Source of the DNA: an uncultured Clostridiaceae bacterium
Lineage (GTDB): Bacteria; Bacillota; Clostridia; TANB77; CAG-465
DNA length: 64,000 nt
Reading direction: 5' to 3'
NCBI GenBank assembly: GCA_964653805.1
Contig: CAZZFS010000003.1
Location: 7,495 to 71,494, forward strand
The notes beneath the pieces were generated by a model. That model was not told the DNA's origin. It worked only from the letters and a program-made list of their open reading frames with translations, and made no database searches. Below, piece by piece: positions 61,173-64,000 of the stretch; within the stretch, counting starts at the first letter, position 1, and every line of letters starts with the position of its first letter. The position numbers and the translations under genes were made by a program.

Positions 61173-62057
61173 ATGGAAAAAGAAATTTTAATAATTGCAT
61201 TATTAAAATGTAGTGGAATAGGAAATAAAAAGGTAAGAGATTTTATATTGTTAAATAATAAAGATTATAAAAAATCACTTGAAAATATCAAAAATATAGT
61301 TAACAAAGAAGAATTTGAAGAAAAGTGCTTTTTTGCAAAAGAGGAATTAATCAAAAATAAAGAACATGGAATACAAATAATTACTATTTTAAATATAGAT
61401 TTTCCAGAAAAACTATATAATACTAGAGATCCAATAATATATTTATACTACAAAGGTGATATAAATTTAATAAATCAAAAAAATATAGCAATAATAGGCA
61501 CGAGAACACCTACTGATTTTGCTAAAAATTGTGCTAAAAAGGCAAGTGGTATTTTTAGTGAAAAAGGTTACGTTATAACAAGTGGATTAGCCTTAGGCTG
61601 CGATATAAATGCACATATAGGATGTATTAATTCGAAAGGTAAGACAATAGCGGTATTGCCAAGTGGTTTAAATAACATTCAACCAAAAAGCAATGAAAAA
61701 GTTGCTATAGACATTGTTAACACCGGTGGATGTTTAATTAGTGAATATTCTGTAGGTTCTGTTGTTAATAAGTATAATTTTGCTAAAAGAGATAGGATAC
61801 AAAGTGCTATATCTGATGCGATTTTAGTTATAGAAGCATCTGAAAATAGTGGTACTATGATAGCAGTAAAAAAATCAATAAAAGAAAATAAAGTTGTATA
61901 TATGCTTTCACATAATAATAATTCAATTATTAACAATACTTTAGATCTAGAAAAAAACTTAGATTTAGATAGATTTGAGAGTGATATAAGAAAATATATT
62001 GAATCAAAATCAATTGAAAATAGTTTAGAAGACAGTCAAATATCTTTTTTATTATAA
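61173..62057 (+). CDS. DprA/Smf-family protein
   Basis: IAIIGTR, ITSGLALGCD..AH, RDRIQSAIS, EASENSGT; ATG 61173 directly after the PRTase stop. Confidence 0.88.
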   Translation: MEKEILIIALLKCSGIGNKKVRDFILLNNKDYKKSLENIKNIVNKEEFEEKCFFAKEELIKNKEHGIQIITILNIDFPEKLYNTRDPIIYLYYKGDINLINQKNIAIIGTRTPTDFAKNCAKKASGIFSEKGYVITSGLALGCDINAHIGCINSKGKTIAVLPSGLNNIQPKSNEKVAIDIVNTGGCLISEYSVGSVVNKYNFAKRDRIQSAISDAILVIEASENSGTMIAVKKSIKENKVVYMLSHNNNSIINNTLDLEKNLDLDRFESDIRKYIESKSIENSLEDSQISFLL

Positions 62058-62276
62058 AAATTTGTCCCTTAACCATTGACAAAAATTTAAGAAATGTAAA
62101 TAAGCAAAATAATTAGTAGTTTGTTATGAAGGTCAAAATATTAAAAATAAATACTGCTTTTGCTTAAAGCTATTAAAAAAAATATCAAAAAGATAAAAAC
62201 AGAAATAGAAAAGTTATATTTTGAATTATTATAATTTAAAGTGTAACTTTTTTGTTGGTTAAATGGAGGTGATAAA

Positions 62277-62501
62277 TTGAATCAAAACAAGAAATTTTAT
62301 TGGTTGAAATTAAGGGACGATTTTTTTAATACAACAGAAATAAAAATAATGAAAAGTTTACCAAATGGTAAAGATTATATAATATTATTATTGCAATTTA
62401 GATTACTGAGCATAAATAATAATTGATTGTTGCAATACAATGAATATATACCTTATGATGGCAATTTTTTCATAAAAAAAATAAATGAACAAAAGTTTTG
62501 A
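62277..62501 (+). pseudogene. Remnant of a phage replisome organizer (N-terminal domain)
   Basis: GGAGGTG RBS + TTG; KKFYWLKLRDDFF....IK....PNG.DY...; in-frame TGA at 62424, then YIPYD. Confidence 0.75.
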
Positions 62502-62558
62502 AAGTTAATTGAATATCAATTTAAGATATGATATAATTTTCCAGTGAGGTGTACAAAT

Positions 62559-63689
62559 ATGTTTTATGAAAAACAAAATGATAAAAGTAAAGAAAATTAT
62601 TGCTTATTATTAAAAACAGTTGGAGCAATGTCAAACTTATTTTCTGACTCAGACGTTCCATATATGGATTATAGAGTTGTAGAAAATATATTTTGCAAAG
62701 CTTTTAATGGAAATAATTTATCTCGTTTAGATTGTTCTGTTGATGTTTCTAAAGATAATATAGGTATAGGAATAAAGACATTTCGACACAATAATGGAAA
62801 AACTTTTCAAAAAGTAGCGGAGTTTAATGATAAAGCTACTGAGATTAGAAAAATAGATGATACGTTACTAAAAGTACAACTTATATCAAATTTAAGAAAC
62901 GAAAGAATTAATGTAACAGAAAGAATACATGGTTTAGAAAAATCAATTTATCATTGTCTTACAAGACAGCAAAAAAAATTTTATATATTTGAAGTGGAGA
63001 TGGATAGAATTGATATAGCTAATATTAGGATTACAAAATATGATGATAAATCTATAATGTTTACAGATGGAATAAACGAATATAATTTTAATGTTTCGAA
63101 GAGTGTATTAATGAGGAGATTTATTACTGATATTCCTTTGTTAGAATTACCAGTTAAAATCGTTGATGATCCATATGAATTATTAATTAATGCGTTAACA
63201 ACTAAACTAGTAATAGAAAAAGATAATATAGAATATCCAGTTGCTTTTTTACCTTTATATTCATTTGATAGAACCATAGGTAAAAATTATGTTCCAGAAA
63301 AATCAGGTTTAAATCAGTGGAATGCGTCTGGTAGAAAAAGGAATTTTAATGAAATATATATAAATATACCTGCAGAATTTAGAAGAGAAAATGAAAACTT
63401 TTTTCCTGACAGAGATAAAAGTTTTAAGTTATTATTACCAGATGGTAAGGAAATGTCAGCAAAAGTTTGCCAAGATAATTCAAAAGCTTTAATGAGTAAT
63501 CCTAATTCAGCTTTAGGTGAATGGTTATTAAGAGATGTTTTGCAATTAGAAGAAGGTGAGTTATTAACATATGAAAAATTATCAGATTTGGGCATTGATT
63601 CAGTGGTTATAACTAAAATTTCTTACGAAGAATATAAGATGGATTTTGCTAAAAGTGGAGCTTATGAAAATTTTATAAATTTAGAGTGA
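62559..63689 (+). CDS. Type II restriction endonuclease (NgoFVII-family-like)
   Basis: YRVVENIFC, D..KD.IGIGIKTF, QKVAEFN, SGLNQWNA.GR.R..NE.YI.IP, KALMSNPN; next to a C5 MTase. Confidence 0.8.
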   Translation: MFYEKQNDKSKENYCLLLKTVGAMSNLFSDSDVPYMDYRVVENIFCKAFNGNNLSRLDCSVDVSKDNIGIGIKTFRHNNGKTFQKVAEFNDKATEIRKIDDTLLKVQLISNLRNERINVTERIHGLEKSIYHCLTRQQKKFYIFEVEMDRIDIANIRITKYDDKSIMFTDGINEYNFNVSKSVLMRRFITDIPLLELPVKIVDDPYELLINALTTKLVIEKDNIEYPVAFLPLYSFDRTIGKNYVPEKSGLNQWNASGRKRNFNEIYINIPAEFRRENENFFPDRDKSFKLLLPDGKEMSAKVCQDNSKALMSNPNSALGEWLLRDVLQLEEGELLTYEKLSDLGIDSVVITKISYEEYKMDFAKSGAYENFINLE

Positions 63690-63743
63690 ATTTGCTGCTT
63701 TTTGAAAATAAGTGTGATATAATATGAAAGAAGAGGTGATTTG

Positions 63744-64000
63744 ATGTATACAGTTGGTAGTTTATTTGCTGGAATTGGAGGCATTTGTTCAGGATTTGAA
63801 CAAGCAGGTGCAAAAGTTATTTGGGCTAATGAAATAGATAAAAATGCATGTTTAACATATAAAACAAATTTTAAAGATGTTAATTTAATACAAGGAGATA
63901 TAATGGAACTTGATGCTAAAACTTTACCAAAAGTAGATATTTTGGTAGCTGGTTTTCCGTGTCAACCTTTTTCTATAGCAGGATTTCAAAAGGGATTTAA
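63744..64000 (+). CDS. DNA cytosine-5 methyltransferase (3' end outside window; not in ORF track)
   Basis: SLFAGIGG motif I, ANEID, GDI, GFPCQPFSIAG motif IV. Confidence 0.93.
   Translation, partial: MYTVGSLFAGIGGICSGFEQAGAKVIWANEIDKNACLTYKTNFKDVNLIQGDIMELDAKTLPKVDILVAGFPCQPFSIAGFQKGF

Noticed and set aside
860-63595. Many 60-180 aa ORFs antisense to or overlapping well-supported genes (e.g. 860-1120, 9907-10452, 30750-31244, 44356-44793, 62981-63277)
   Set aside because: Shadow ORFs without RBS or motifs, opposite convincing CDSs

Overview
Very AT-rich window that looks like a low-GC anaerobic Firmicute (Clostridia-like, inferred from gene content, sigma70-type promoters and GGAGG RBSs). 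The first 18 kb is mostly metabolic or housekeeping: the 3' end of HtrA, a trimeric electron-bifurcating-type [FeFe] hydrogenase (hydCBA), murI, Hsp20 and an iron alcohol dehydrogenase. It also carries a four-gene nicotinamidase-like/vWA(TerY)/PP2C/kinase operon whose -35 box lies inside a palindrome. From about 18 to 60 kb is an accessory patchwork of mostly single-gene units, paralog pairs and pseudogene scars. It includes an NrtR-like regulator, an MCP-CheW pair, an ABC exporter and an ACGX-repeat peptide/radical SAM RiPP locus whose precursor is missing from the ORF track. It also holds two C-type-lectin-fold paralogs with DGR-like C-terminal divergence, a P-loop/Csx3-like fusion and an NxTPH (Crn4-like) protein with no CRISPR locus nearby, and a recent 559-bp tandem duplication. 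A tRNA-Pro 3'-end remnant at about 59.9 kb marks the likely edge of an integrated defence island (PRTase+DprA pair, phage replisome-organizer remnant, type II RM system) that runs off the window. No CRISPR array, reverse transcriptase, rRNA or complete tRNA was seen. All family assignments come from motif recognition by eye, not database searches.
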